This document shows, piece by piece, positions 17,894 to 28,006 of a stretch of DNA of 64,000 bases (position 1 is the first letter of the stretch; each line of letters begins with the position of its first letter). The notes under the pieces were generated by a model. It was not told the origin of the DNA. It saw only the letters and a program-made list of their open reading frames with translations, and made no database searches. The translations under genes were made by a program, and so were the position numbers. This stretch comes from a virus: positions 64,001 through 128,000 of IMG/VR virus record IMGVR_UViG_3300023174_000056. One strand, written 5' to 3'.

Positions 17894-18418
17894 TTAATAA
17901 TTGTAACGATAAATACCACGTGTTGGGAAGCCGTATTTTGGAATGGATCCCTTGAAAGGCTCTTGAGGAACTTCTCCAAGCTCCGTAGAATTTTTGATAC
18001 TTGGCTCCAATAATTGCTTTTCTTTTGCATCATGAAATTCTTTTTCATATGTAAATTCTGGGCGTTGGTCTTCAATAAAATTTGCAATAGTATAAATTGC
18101 TACTTGTAAAGCACTTTCTCCACCTGGGGGAGTTGGATTATACATTGCTTGTAGCGAACCATAAATATTTCCACCAGTTACAGTATCAGGTAATATTGTA
18201 CCCTCTTTTAACATAAAATTAAATAATTTATCTTGTATATTATATACACGATCATTATAATCATCTTTTGGTAAAGATAGAATTTTATTTTTTTCTGGCA
18301 TTACAATAATATCAATCTCGGGGTGTTCCCTGAGAAAATAATCTCCATTAATTGTTCTTGAAATTTGAACTTCTTTTTTTAAGCCAGTTTGTCTATCCTT
18401 AATGGTGATATTTAACAT
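17894..18418 (-). CDS. Hypothetical protein
   Basis: 174-aa ORF, TAATG-coupled to the upstream gene. Confidence 0.65.
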   Translation of the reverse strand: MLNITIKDRQTGLKKEVQISRTINGDYFLREHPEIDIIVMPEKNKILSLPKDDYNDRVYNIQDKLFNFMLKEGTILPDTVTGGNIYGSLQAMYNPTPPGGESALQVAIYTIANFIEDQRPEFTYEKEFHDAKEKQLLEPSIKNSTELGEVPQEPFKGSIPKYGFPTRGIYRYNY

Positions 18419-19248
18419 TATTTGTTCACCTCACTAACAAATTGTTGAATTTTTAAAACTTTTTGTAGATTATCTTGTGATAATTCTTTAATTTGCTTAA
18501 AAGAATTTAAATAATCAAGAGCTTTTTTAGTTTTATCAACTAGGGTAGGATTACTGATTATTTCTTCTTTTTCTAAAGATTTTTCTACTTGCTCTTTTAA
18601 TCTTTCTAATTCTTCATTTAAATAAATTTTTAAATCTAAACCATCATTTTGAAAAGATTCAATATATTTTGTTAATAATTTTTTTTGTTCGTTTAAAAGA
18701 GAGCTGTATTTTTCATTAAATTTTTTGCTAAATGTTTTATAAAGAAGATTATCAATTGGTTGCATAGTTTCTTTTAACTTGTCTTCTTTAATAATTTTAA
18801 TTTTTTCTACGACTGCTTGCTCTAGCAGGATTTTTTCTTTTATTGGAGTTGAGTTATTGAAAATTTGCGAAATAGTAGCAAGGTCTTTATAATTTGGAAC
18901 AAACGAGTTGTATGTATTGAATCCCAACTTCTTATTAATTTTATTAATAAGAGCTGTTTGTTCATTAAAAATTGTTTTTTTATCTAATTTTTCATATCTC
19001 GCTTCAACTTCTTTAACAAATTTTTCAGCATATTGCTCTTCTACACTATTGCTTTCTAAAGCTTCATATAATTTTAGCTCTTTGTTTAGCTCCGTCGAAG
19101 AATTAAAATGCTCACACAAAATATCTCTTACTATTTTTATCTTCTCTAAATTTTGCTCTACTGCTGCTCTTGTACCTTCTCTCAAAAGAGCCTCGTAAAG
19201 AAAAGCGGTGTTTCTTTTCTTATTATGTTTCATTTTTATTTTCTCCAA
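18418..19248 (-). CDS. Hypothetical helical protein next to the portal (possible head assembly protein)
   Basis: KHNKKRNTAFLYEAL N-terminus; overlaps the end of the portal gene. Confidence 0.65.
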   Translation of the reverse strand: MEKIKMKHNKKRNTAFLYEALLREGTRAAVEQNLEKIKIVRDILCEHFNSSTELNKELKLYEALESNSVEEQYAEKFVKEVEARYEKLDKKTIFNEQTALINKINKKLGFNTYNSFVPNYKDLATISQIFNNSTPIKEKILLEQAVVEKIKIIKEDKLKETMQPIDNLLYKTFSKKFNEKYSSLLNEQKKLLTKYIESFQNDGLDLKIYLNEELERLKEQVEKSLEKEEIISNPTLVDKTKKALDYLNSFKQIKELSQDNLQKVLKIQQFVSEVNK

Positions 19249-21196
19249 TTACTTCTTTTTTATTTAATTTCTTGTCAAGACTTTTTAATTTTTCTTGAAC
19301 TTCATTTAATAACTGTTCATCTTTTTCATATAGGTCTACTTTTACGTTCTCTGTCATTCTTGCTATAGAGTCTAAGCCATCTTTACCTTTAAATAAGTTT
19401 TTTTGTGAGGAAGAGGCTATATTTGAAGAATACTTAGCAGAGTTGCTTCTCTCTCTAGGTCCATCTGTTTTTCTTTTATCTACAACTTTATATGTATAAG
19501 CTTTCTTTTTGGATTTTTCAGTTTCGTGAGGCAAAGAAGTTCCATCTGCTCTTCTAGCTGGGGCTGCTAATAGTGGAGATTCTTTGCCAGTATCGCCAGT
19601 AGCTGCTGGAGTGGCTGTTTCTGGAGTTGTCTCGGCTGCTGGTGTTTCTGTTCCTTCGTCTCCTCCAAATGTAGCGCCTCCACCAGTACCACCACCGCTT
19701 TCAGCGCCCTCTGCTCCAATAGCTTCTAAAGATTTAGAGAAAGTTGCATCATAACCAAGCTCTCTTTGATTTTTTAAGAAATCATGGTCAGAGAACTTCA
19801 AAATATTTGTAAAAATCCAGTGCTTGCTAATTCCTTGTTCTTTAGCGCTATTAGCAACGCCAAGTTGTTTATCTAAATGTTCTAACTCTTGTAACTCTGC
19901 CAATTTTGATGGATTGTGTAGTCTTAGATTAAATTTTAACAAGTCGTCATTTCTAAAACCAAGAGTGTACAAGTGGATCATACCAATTTTTTCTAGCTCT
20001 GAAATAATAACTCTTTGTAATCTTTGGATCGTGCGAGCAAAACGAATGTCTTTTTGAGCTAACATTGTCTTATCTTCTGCTGCGCCTTCGCCTCTTGCCA
20101 AGTAAGCTTGAGGAATCTTTAAAGCAGAAAATAATTTATCTCTTAAGTATTTAACGTCGTCAATGTCGCCAACAAAGTTAGCACCTGGTAGCGTTTCAAT
20201 AGCTGTAGCGCTTTGGTTACCACGAACTGGGATAAAATAATCTTCATCAATACTCATTGGATTATAACGAAGATCAACACGACCAGTATTTGGGTCAACA
20301 ATTTGATTACGCTTCATCTGCGTAATAATTTTTTGCATGTATTGTTCAACATCTTGAGGAGCAATATTGCCTACGTCAATTTTAAATACTCTACGGTCTG
20401 GCGCACGCACGATGCGGTATGCCATCATAGCGTCTTCTAGTAGTTGTAGCTGTCTCCAGATGCGTCTGGCTGGCTCTAGGATTGAGGTTCCGTATGGAGC
20501 ATATTTATCTTGTCCAAGAATACGAAAATGAGCAATTTGCCAATTTTCAAAAGTTAATTGAGCCGTGTTCCATTGAAATTGAACATAATTTGGGTTTGTT
20601 TCATCTTGTCCTTCCAGTCTTTCTACTTCAGGCGAAGGTAAACCAAGAACACTTTTAACGCCATATTGTTCATCTATATCAAGATACATGAAAAAATCGC
20701 CAAATTTGCACATTGTACGGCACCAACCATACAAATTTTGTTCGATATTTAAAGTTTTATAAAAAAGACTGTGTAAGACATGTTTTATTTCATCATTTTT
20801 ACAGTCAATAGACAATAAAGGTCTAAATTGATTACTTGTTGTCATTTCATCAGCATAAATATCCATAGCAGACGCAATCTCTGGCATGAATTCCATTTGA
20901 TCAAAGTCGCTGTATCGTTCAGCACGACTTTGATTAGCCATAATATTACTTTGAATTGCTTCAAAAGGATTATAACTCTTCTTTTTAAAGCTTTGACCGC
21001 TAGCTGATGTAAATTTAAAGCGGTCTAGATCTCGTCTTGTGAATCTTAGCTGGGCTTCTTGTTTATAATTTGCAATAGGGCCAGAAAATAAACGAGTTAA
21101 GGCAGTATATAATGCCGATTCTTCATTTTTAGGGTTCTTTTTTGATAAATTGTTTGTACCGTATCCTATTGTATTCTTTTTTATATTATTAGCCAT
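19223..21196 (-). CDS. Portal protein (gp20-like)
   Basis: LEDAMMAYRIVRAPDRRVFKIDVGN, EDYFIPVRG, IETLPG, DVKYLRDKLFSALKIP. Confidence 0.97.
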   Translation of the reverse strand: MANNIKKNTIGYGTNNLSKKNPKNEESALYTALTRLFSGPIANYKQEAQLRFTRRDLDRFKFTSASGQSFKKKSYNPFEAIQSNIMANQSRAERYSDFDQMEFMPEIASAMDIYADEMTTSNQFRPLLSIDCKNDEIKHVLHSLFYKTLNIEQNLYGWCRTMCKFGDFFMYLDIDEQYGVKSVLGLPSPEVERLEGQDETNPNYVQFQWNTAQLTFENWQIAHFRILGQDKYAPYGTSILEPARRIWRQLQLLEDAMMAYRIVRAPDRRVFKIDVGNIAPQDVEQYMQKIITQMKRNQIVDPNTGRVDLRYNPMSIDEDYFIPVRGNQSATAIETLPGANFVGDIDDVKYLRDKLFSALKIPQAYLARGEGAAEDKTMLAQKDIRFARTIQRLQRVIISELEKIGMIHLYTLGFRNDDLLKFNLRLHNPSKLAELQELEHLDKQLGVANSAKEQGISKHWIFTNILKFSDHDFLKNQRELGYDATFSKSLEAIGAEGAESGGGTGGGATFGGDEGTETPAAETTPETATPAATGDTGKESPLLAAPARRADGTSLPHETEKSKKKAYTYKVVDKRKTDGPRERSNSAKYSSNIASSSQKNLFKGKDGLDSIARMTENVKVDLYEKDEQLLNEVQEKLKSLDKKLNKKEVIGENKNET

Positions 21197-21201
21197 TTAT
21201 T

Positions 21202-22779
21202 TTAACCTTTTATTAGCCAAGCAAATTCTTTATAAACATTTTGCTGCTGATTCATTTTTTGAGCATATTCATATGTTTGCATACCAGGAATGCTTGTATT
21301 TAAATGTGATCTTGAGTTACTAATTGCACCTAAGAAGGCTTTAGAATACTCTAAATTTCTCTCATTGTTAACAATAGCAGTATCACGAACCCAACATCCA
21401 ATTGCTAATGACATAACTAAATCATCATTATAACCTTTTTGGGCTTCTGGGCGGCCATTAATCCAAACAAAGGTATCTAATTCATTTATTGTTCGCTGTG
21501 AATTAATTTTTAGGATCTTATTTCTAACAAACTCATCTAATTTTGCAACAATTAATGGTCTTGTTTTCATTGTTGTTGCAAACCCTGGGACGCTGTTGCT
21601 ACTATATTGAGCGGTTGTTGTATCCATAAATTCATGAGAGCTTTTTGAGCTATAATAAATATTTGGATATCTCATGTCTATTAATTTTGTAATAACAGAA
21701 TACCCAATATTATTGTTTTCAACAACAGCCATACAACCGCCATATTCTAAACCAGTGTCATAAATTAATTTAGCAAAGTTATCTGGGTCTAGTTTACCTT
21801 GGTACTCTGCTACTTGTTCCATATTTTTTACATCAATAATATGAAATACTGAAAAATCTTTGCCGTCGCCACGGGCAACGTCAGCAGTTAAAATATAAGA
21901 ACCACCGGCTTCATACGGTTTCCATATGTGTAAATTTCTATCAACATAGCTTTTATATTTAGCCTCTGATAGATCTACCTTCATTCTTATAATATCTTCT
22001 GGATTGATAACTGTCTCACCCGACGCATTAAAATTACACTCATATTCTTGTGCAATTTCTCTCTTGGACATATTTTTTGTCATATTCGCAAACCATTCTT
22101 GCGTATATTCTGGGTGTACTGTCCAAGGAAGTCTTGTGGGTTTAAAATTATTACCGCCAGCTTCTGAGTCTATGTATGTCTTGTGGAACCAGTTACCTAC
22201 GCCGTTTGGTGTTGATAGGGCTATACAGCGACCACCAGTTGAAATGGTTGGTAATAAGCCAGTCCAAAGCTCGTCCATATCATCAACGAATGCGGCTTCG
22301 TCAATAATAAGAAGGCTCAAAGCCTGACCACGACCAGCATCTTTTGATGTTGGAGTGCCTTGGATCTTTGAGCCGTTATTTAATTCAAATGTTGTTTTAT
22401 TATTTGTTACTACTGTAGCTAGTTTAAGAAACTCTGGAATGGAGTCAATAATGTCTTTAACTTTATCAACAATTTCTATAGCTGTTTTTTGTTTTGTTGC
22501 CATACAAAGAATATTTTTTTCTTTGTGGAACAACATCATCCAAGCGCAATAGCCAGAAACAATTGTAGATATACCAAGCTGACGGCCTTTTAAAATTATA
22601 TTATATCTATGATCGTGGAAATCATTCAATAGATCTTTTTGAAACTTAAAAGTTCTAAAAGGAATTATGCCTTTTTCTTGGTGAGTAATTTTTGCATAAT
22701 TATCTAGGAAGTATGCTGGATCTCGTCCACATTTTATTATTTCGCTTCTGATCTCTTCCTTTGATAATTTATAAGACAT
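21202..22779 (-). CDS. terL: Terminase large subunit (gp17-like)
   Basis: GRQLGIST Walker A variant, LLIIDEAAF Walker B, STPNG, nuclease ADVARGDGKDFS and DDLVMS. Confidence 0.97.
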   Translation of the reverse strand: MSYKLSKEEIRSEIIKCGRDPAYFLDNYAKITHQEKGIIPFRTFKFQKDLLNDFHDHRYNIILKGRQLGISTIVSGYCAWMMLFHKEKNILCMATKQKTAIEIVDKVKDIIDSIPEFLKLATVVTNNKTTFELNNGSKIQGTPTSKDAGRGQALSLLIIDEAAFVDDMDELWTGLLPTISTGGRCIALSTPNGVGNWFHKTYIDSEAGGNNFKPTRLPWTVHPEYTQEWFANMTKNMSKREIAQEYECNFNASGETVINPEDIIRMKVDLSEAKYKSYVDRNLHIWKPYEAGGSYILTADVARGDGKDFSVFHIIDVKNMEQVAEYQGKLDPDNFAKLIYDTGLEYGGCMAVVENNNIGYSVITKLIDMRYPNIYYSSKSSHEFMDTTTAQYSSNSVPGFATTMKTRPLIVAKLDEFVRNKILKINSQRTINELDTFVWINGRPEAQKGYNDDLVMSLAIGCWVRDTAIVNNERNLEYSKAFLGAISNSRSHLNTSIPGMQTYEYAQKMNQQQNVYKEFAWLIKG

Positions 22780-22797
22780 TTCATTACCTATTTTCTA

Positions 22798-23301
22798 TTA
22801 TTTAGACTTTACATTCATTAGCCATCTTTTGGCAATATCTGCAAATTGTTCTTGTTCTGAGTCGTAGACCTTAACATCGCCACGATCTATTTGAACTCCA
22901 CCGATTTTATAAATTTGCACTGCATTTACGTAACAAGTTCTACGGTTAGCTGATTGAACAAGAATTTGAATGTCTCCTTCTTCAACTAAATTAAGGCTAG
23001 ATTTCATTAATTTACGATATTCTTCTTTGATGTGCTTATTTACTTGTTTTACGGTATCTCTAATGTCAGTTTCAAAATTTTTATCATGTACTTTTACTAG
23101 TGGCATTTCTGAATGGTATTTCAAGATCAACCTATCACCTTGGTATTGTACTCCAAAACCGTCCATAACTCTTGGATCATAAATTGAAACACCTTGCACT
23201 AGGTCGTGTGTTTCTCTTTTAAGACCAAATTCTGCACCACCATGATGCTTTGATTTAATTGCTTCTGAGATTCCTGTGATTACTTCTAGGATACTAGCCA
23301 T
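22798..23301 (-). CDS. Hypothetical protein
   Basis: 167-aa ORF immediately upstream of TerL. Confidence 0.65.
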   Translation of the reverse strand: MASILEVITGISEAIKSKHHGGAEFGLKRETHDLVQGVSIYDPRVMDGFGVQYQGDRLILKYHSEMPLVKVHDKNFETDIRDTVKQVNKHIKEEYRKLMKSSLNLVEEGDIQILVQSANRRTCYVNAVQIYKIGGVQIDRGDVKVYDSEQEQFADIAKRWLMNVKSK

Positions 23302-23303
23302 TT

Positions 23304-23642
23304 TTATTTATCCTCTAACTTGCACATATAACATCTATAGCAAGTTTTAAATTTATTTAAGTATAGATCGTCACGCTTGTCAAAAGAATATTTTTTACAT
23401 AAAGAACATTCTTTATCTATATTTTTATTAATTAGTTTCTTTGGTAATAAAACTCCGTCAACCTCTACTTTTTCCTTGTTTTGTTCATTTTTATACTTTT
23501 TATCTATAAAATGTTTTTGGTCTTCTATAAATTGCTTTTCTTTTTCTTCATTCCAAAATTGTTTTGGGTTATATGTAGCCTGTTCCCCATATTTTTCTTT
23601 AACAGCTTTCTCTAAAGCTTGAACAAAATTTAAATCTCTCAT
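23304..23642 (-). CDS. Hypothetical protein with a C-terminal zinc-finger-like motif
   Basis: CSLC...CYRC. Confidence 0.65.
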   Translation of the reverse strand: MRDLNFVQALEKAVKEKYGEQATYNPKQFWNEEKEKQFIEDQKHFIDKKYKNEQNKEKVEVDGVLLPKKLINKNIDKECSLCKKYSFDKRDDLYLNKFKTCYRCYMCKLEDK

Positions 23643-24103
23643 TTTGTGACCTGCACTGCTGCATAAAATATAGCTATTGAAGCAGCGAACCCTAAAATAA
23701 AACCTCCAACTAACTTTACATCACTCCATTTTTGTTCTGAGGATAGTTGGTCTATTCTATCTTGTCTTATTTTTAATAAACTTTCATACATATCTTTATT
23801 GATAGCTAGTTCTATTTCTTTCTTCTTAGTTAAAGTTTCTAGTTCTAGGTCTTTCTTCTTTAGTTCTGTATTAAAAGATAATTTTAATTTAGCTAATTCT
23901 TGTTCACGCTCTGTTATTAATTTTACCATAGCGTCTTTATGCAGCAAAAAACCATCGTAAGGGGCTGGTTCTTCCTGTCTAAGCTCTATGTAATCTCCAT
24001 CGTTGTCGTCGTCGGCAACGTCTTCATTTTCAGCAATGGCTGGTAGTGCCGTCAAATAAGAAGACAGCACAATTAAAGCTAATAACTTTTTTAAAAAAAC
24101 CAT
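23639..24103 (-). CDS. Exported coiled-coil protein with a C-terminal TM helix (spanin-like candidate)
   Basis: Signal peptide ending AIA, APYDGFLL, coiled coil and a C-terminal hydrophobic helix; no Cys. Confidence 0.5.
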   Translation of the reverse strand: MVFLKKLLALIVLSSYLTALPAIAENEDVADDDNDGDYIELRQEEPAPYDGFLLHKDAMVKLITEREQELAKLKLSFNTELKKKDLELETLTKKKEIELAINKDMYESLLKIRQDRIDQLSSEQKWSDVKLVGGFILGFAASIAIFYAAVQVTK

Positions 24104-24495
24104 TACTTCGATGGTCCCTTCTTTTTCTTTTTTTCCTTTAATCCAAGGACTGCTTTTGCTTCTTTTTTAACCTCTTCTGAGGGTGCTTTTTTTAACTTTT
24201 CTACCTTTTCTTTTGTTTCAGCTTCAAGTTTTGCTTCTGCCTCTTTCTTTTCTTCTTCAAGCTTGGCTTCCGCTGCCTTTTTTTCTGCTTCAAGTTTTGC
24301 TGTTTCGGCAGCTAATTTTGCTGCTGCATCATTTTTTACTTCTTCTTCTTTTACAACTTGCTCTTGCTTTGCCCATTCATCTTGAACGTGCTTACGCCAA
24401 GCTGCAACACCAACAAGCAAGCCAGCAATTACGACACCAACCAATAATTTAAATTTCATGATAGCCTCTCCTAGCATTTTTTTTAATGTTTCCAT
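24103..24495 (-). CDS. Membrane-anchored coiled-coil protein (i-spanin-like candidate)
   Basis: N-terminal TM LLVGVVIAGLLVGVAAW followed by an E/K/A coiled coil; follows the holin-like gene. Confidence 0.5.
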   Translation of the reverse strand: METLKKMLGEAIMKFKLLVGVVIAGLLVGVAAWRKHVQDEWAKQEQVVKEEEVKNDAAAKLAAETAKLEAEKKAAEAKLEEEKKEAEAKLEAETKEKVEKLKKAPSEEVKKEAKAVLGLKEKKKKKGPSK

Positions 24496-24496
24496 G

Positions 24497-24793
24497 TTAT
24501 TTTCCAACTCCCTTCCACTTTGTGGCTAAATCTGTAACTCCTTGAACTCCAATATAACCTAATGATATTGCCATCCATTCGTCTGGCGTAATTTTTCCAA
24601 GGCCTAAGAATGCAGTTGATACAATCCATACAAGTAATTTTCTTGATAAGATTTTTTCAGACACAACATCAATTAAACCAACACCTTCTTTTTGAGCTTT
24701 TTCCATTTCTTCCTCAATTTCTTTTTTTAAGCTACCTAAAATACCAGTGTTAGAGGCATCTTCTGATTTTATCTTACTTCTTCCCTCTGCCAT
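24497..24793 (-). CDS. Holin-like small membrane protein
   Basis: SRKLLVWIVSTAFL...WMAISLGYIGVQGVTD, two TM segments and a basic tail. Confidence 0.6.
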   Translation of the reverse strand: MAEGRSKIKSEDASNTGILGSLKKEIEEEMEKAQKEGVGLIDVVSEKILSRKLLVWIVSTAFLGLGKITPDEWMAISLGYIGVQGVTDLATKWKGVGK

Positions 24794-24804
24794 TTTACAT
24801 CTCC

Positions 24805-27800
24805 TTATTGATTAATATGTGCAAATCCATTAATTTTATCAATTGTAATTTGCATATCAACACAATCTTTTAAACTATCAAGATGTGAAATAAGAATAAC
24901 AGTCTTGAAGTATGATTTAATTAGTTCTAAAATGCGAACAAAGCCATCCATATTTTCTTCGTCAAGAGCAGTCCCTGGTTCGTCTAGGATGAAGATATCA
25001 CCTTTTGGAAGCGTTGTTACACTCAAAAGTGCCAATCTTATTGCCGTTGATGCGATTGTTTTTTCAGCACCGCTACCCATTTCTAGTGGGCGAGCATCAT
25101 ATTTTGGATGTTTAATCATAATGTCTAATTTATCATCATCATTTTCTAAGAAAACTCCAAATTCAACGATATTTGTTAATATTTTAGCAATTTCACCATT
25201 AATTTCTGGTAGTTTTTGTTTAATAATTTCATAAGAAATACCGCTTGGATGCATACATGACTGATAAAGGTCATATGCAGCATATTCTTTACGCAAATTA
25301 TCAAGATCAACTTTTTGTTTCTTTAAATTTTCTAATTTTTCCGTAACGGATCCATGTTTTCTATGAGCGTCAATGATTTCTGCTTCACAGTTTTTGATAT
25401 CTTTTGTTGTAGAATTAAACTGAGAGCGGCAAATTTCACGTTCGTTAAATACTGTTCCGTAATTTTCAATTGCTTCTCTATTATCGATGTAATTTTGGAG
25501 TTTTTGCTCATATTCGCCAATTTGTTTAGTTGTTTTTTCAATTGAGACATTGTTTTTTTCAATTTTTAGCTCATTCAAGCTTAAATGCTTCTCACTTTCA
25601 ATTTTCTTTTGAGAAATTTTACTTTGTTTATTAGAAAGTTCTGCGACTTTTGCATCTAATTCATCGTATCGATCATTTAATTGTTGTAATTCGTTGTTTT
25701 TACCATCAAATTTTGCATTTAGTAGCGGATATTGTGTTTTGACACCAAAGGCGTCCTTAATAAACTTGCAACTTGGGAATGAATCGCCGCATGGAACGCT
25801 TTCTAATAGCTCTAATTTATGTTTCGCAGAGCTTAATTGCGATGAGAGAGTAGAAATCTCTTTCTCAAGAGGTAAAATTTTGTTGTTAAGCTCTTCTATT
25901 TCGATACGACCATCAGAAATAGACTTAACATCTATCGTTGCTAACAATTCATCCGCTTTTTTAATGATATTTGCGAGTCTTTCATTATCTTTTTCTAAAG
26001 TATCGTTCTCGCTCTGCATTGAGGCTACAGAAGTCTTTAGGTTTTTAACTGATGCCGTTGTAGAATTGTAATCAATAACTTCCGCTGGAACGCTCGTAAG
26101 GGCTTTATTGAGTGTACAAAGCCTTTCATTGATGCTCGCTAAGTCTCTTTTTAGCTTTTCTACACTTTCTGTCTTTTCTTTGACAAGATTTTCGGCAGCA
26201 ACAACTTCTAATTCGGTTGTAGCGATATCTCTATCGTAGTTATTACCTTCAAGTTTCTTTAGGAGGCTTTTAACTTCAGCAGATTCTTCTTTTGCAAGCT
26301 TATACTTTTTTTCAAAGTTCTCAAGATCAAGGAATTTAGCAAGAATTTGCTTACGGTTTGTCGATCCTTCACCAATAAATGACAAATATCCAAATTGACT
26401 TGCCATAGAAGTCAAGAAAAAGTCATCAATTGTACCAAAGAAACGACGAATGTTCTTGTCAGTATCGTTACGAGCAAGACCATTTAATGATTCGCCGCTT
26501 GTTGTAAACTCAACATCGGTTTTTGCTTCAGTTGTTGTTACACCCTTTAGCTTTTTTGTATACTTTTCTGATGTTCTCGTGATTGTATAAGTTTCGTCGT
26601 CGATCTCAACCTCTACCTTGCCAGTACCTTTTTCACGGTTTTGATTAATAATATTGATATTTTTACGATTATTTTTGCTTGTTGTGTTATAGATAGTATA
26701 AAGCAACGAATCAATTACAGAGCTTTTACCGCTGTAATTTTTACCAAAAATACCAACGATACCATTTAAATTTTCAAAATCAATTTTATTACCTTCGCCG
26801 TAATTAAAAAGATTATCCCATTCTAATGTTTTTAATTTCCAATTAACGTTACGCAGTACTTCTTCGCTTTCTTCAAGGTATGAAGAAAACTTCTTGTTGA
26901 GTGCAACAACCTTTTCTAATACTTCCTCTTCAGCCTTGAAGTCTTTTAGATAATTACGGATCAATTTTTCTTGAACAGAAAGATCTCGCAAGTTTTCCGA
27001 CTGTGTTACTAACTCACTTACGCTCTCTGTATCAAAACTAGAAGTCGCTTTATTTAGGAAAGTAACGCTTTCTGGCGTATATCTTGATTTAACTACCTGT
27101 GTAGCCTTCTTGATTTTTTCTAAAGAAATACTTTTATCTGCAATAATACGAATTCTTGCGCCATCTTTTACTTGAACTTGTGGAATTTCTCCATTTTCAT
27201 CAAGATTAATTGTAAAAAATGGTCTTGGATTAGGAATTGCGTAGTGTACACAAGAAAATTCATCTTTACTTTCGATATCCCAAATTAAAAAACCCTTATC
27301 GTCAGTTTCGCCAAAGTTCTGCTGAACTGTTGAACCGGGATAACGAACCCGCCCAGCAACATCTAATGTTTGATTTGTTTTATGAATGTCACCAAGAAAT
27401 GCAAAATCATGGCCTTCAAAGATATCTACAGAATAATCGCCATGTTCCATCACATAGCCAATATCGGTTTGGACACCAGAAACCGAACCGTGAAACAAGG
27501 CAACATTAATTTTGTTATGATCGCTTGGTTTTACCCAATTTTCTTCGTCAAAAACACTCATAACATTAAAAGTTAGTTGGTCATTGACTTGTACCTCACC
27601 AGCATTTTTTAGTAGAGAAAGATTTGACAAATTGAGAGCATTTACAATTGGCGTAATTGCATCTTGACGACTATCATTACGTAAATTACCATCATGATTA
27701 CCAAGAATAATATATGTTGGAGCAATAGTGGCTAGATTCTTAAAAAAATCGCTAGCCATTTCAACAAATTCTGGGCTAATTTGCGTTTTTGTGTGGGCGA

Positions 27801-27933
27801 TGTCGCCGCAATGAACGATATAATCTACTTTTTGCTCTCTTAAAATATCATAAATTTTTGAAAAGATTTCACGATATTCGTCGTGGTACTTTAGGTTTTT
27901 AATGTGCGTGTCTGCAAGATGCGCTATTTTCAT
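24805..27933 (-). CDS. Fused Mre11/SbcD nuclease - Rad50/SbcC ATPase (gp47-gp46 fusion)
   Basis: DTH, GD, GNHD, HG and GDIH phosphoesterase motifs; GKNYSGKSS Walker A; long coiled coil; GSGAE signature; ILDEP Walker B; ISH. Confidence 0.95.
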   Translation of the reverse strand: MKIAHLADTHIKNLKYHDEYREIFSKIYDILREQKVDYIVHCGDIAHTKTQISPEFVEMASDFFKNLATIAPTYIILGNHDGNLRNDSRQDAITPIVNALNLSNLSLLKNAGEVQVNDQLTFNVMSVFDEENWVKPSDHNKINVALFHGSVSGVQTDIGYVMEHGDYSVDIFEGHDFAFLGDIHKTNQTLDVAGRVRYPGSTVQQNFGETDDKGFLIWDIESKDEFSCVHYAIPNPRPFFTINLDENGEIPQVQVKDGARIRIIADKSISLEKIKKATQVVKSRYTPESVTFLNKATSSFDTESVSELVTQSENLRDLSVQEKLIRNYLKDFKAEEEVLEKVVALNKKFSSYLEESEEVLRNVNWKLKTLEWDNLFNYGEGNKIDFENLNGIVGIFGKNYSGKSSVIDSLLYTIYNTTSKNNRKNINIINQNREKGTGKVEVEIDDETYTITRTSEKYTKKLKGVTTTEAKTDVEFTTSGESLNGLARNDTDKNIRRFFGTIDDFFLTSMASQFGYLSFIGEGSTNRKQILAKFLDLENFEKKYKLAKEESAEVKSLLKKLEGNNYDRDIATTELEVVAAENLVKEKTESVEKLKRDLASINERLCTLNKALTSVPAEVIDYNSTTASVKNLKTSVASMQSENDTLEKDNERLANIIKKADELLATIDVKSISDGRIEIEELNNKILPLEKEISTLSSQLSSAKHKLELLESVPCGDSFPSCKFIKDAFGVKTQYPLLNAKFDGKNNELQQLNDRYDELDAKVAELSNKQSKISQKKIESEKHLSLNELKIEKNNVSIEKTTKQIGEYEQKLQNYIDNREAIENYGTVFNEREICRSQFNSTTKDIKNCEAEIIDAHRKHGSVTEKLENLKKQKVDLDNLRKEYAAYDLYQSCMHPSGISYEIIKQKLPEINGEIAKILTNIVEFGVFLENDDDKLDIMIKHPKYDARPLEMGSGAEKTIASTAIRLALLSVTTLPKGDIFILDEPGTALDEENMDGFVRILELIKSYFKTVILISHLDSLKDCVDMQITIDKINGFAHINQ

Positions 27934-27943
27934 ACAACCCTCT

Positions 27944-27977
27944 AAAAAAAGACTCTGCTGGCTTGAACAGCAGAGTC
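27944..27977 (-). terminator. Rho-independent terminator
   Basis: Perfect 10-bp stem GACTCTGCTG/CAGCAGAGTC followed by U7. Confidence 0.8.
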
Positions 27978-28006
27978 AGTATACAACAGAGAAAATTTCT
28001 TGTCTA
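27978..28006 (-). promoter_or_regulatory. Sigma70-type promoter for the Mre11-Rad50 gene
   Basis: TAGACA-17 nt-TATACT on the minus strand. Confidence 0.65.
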
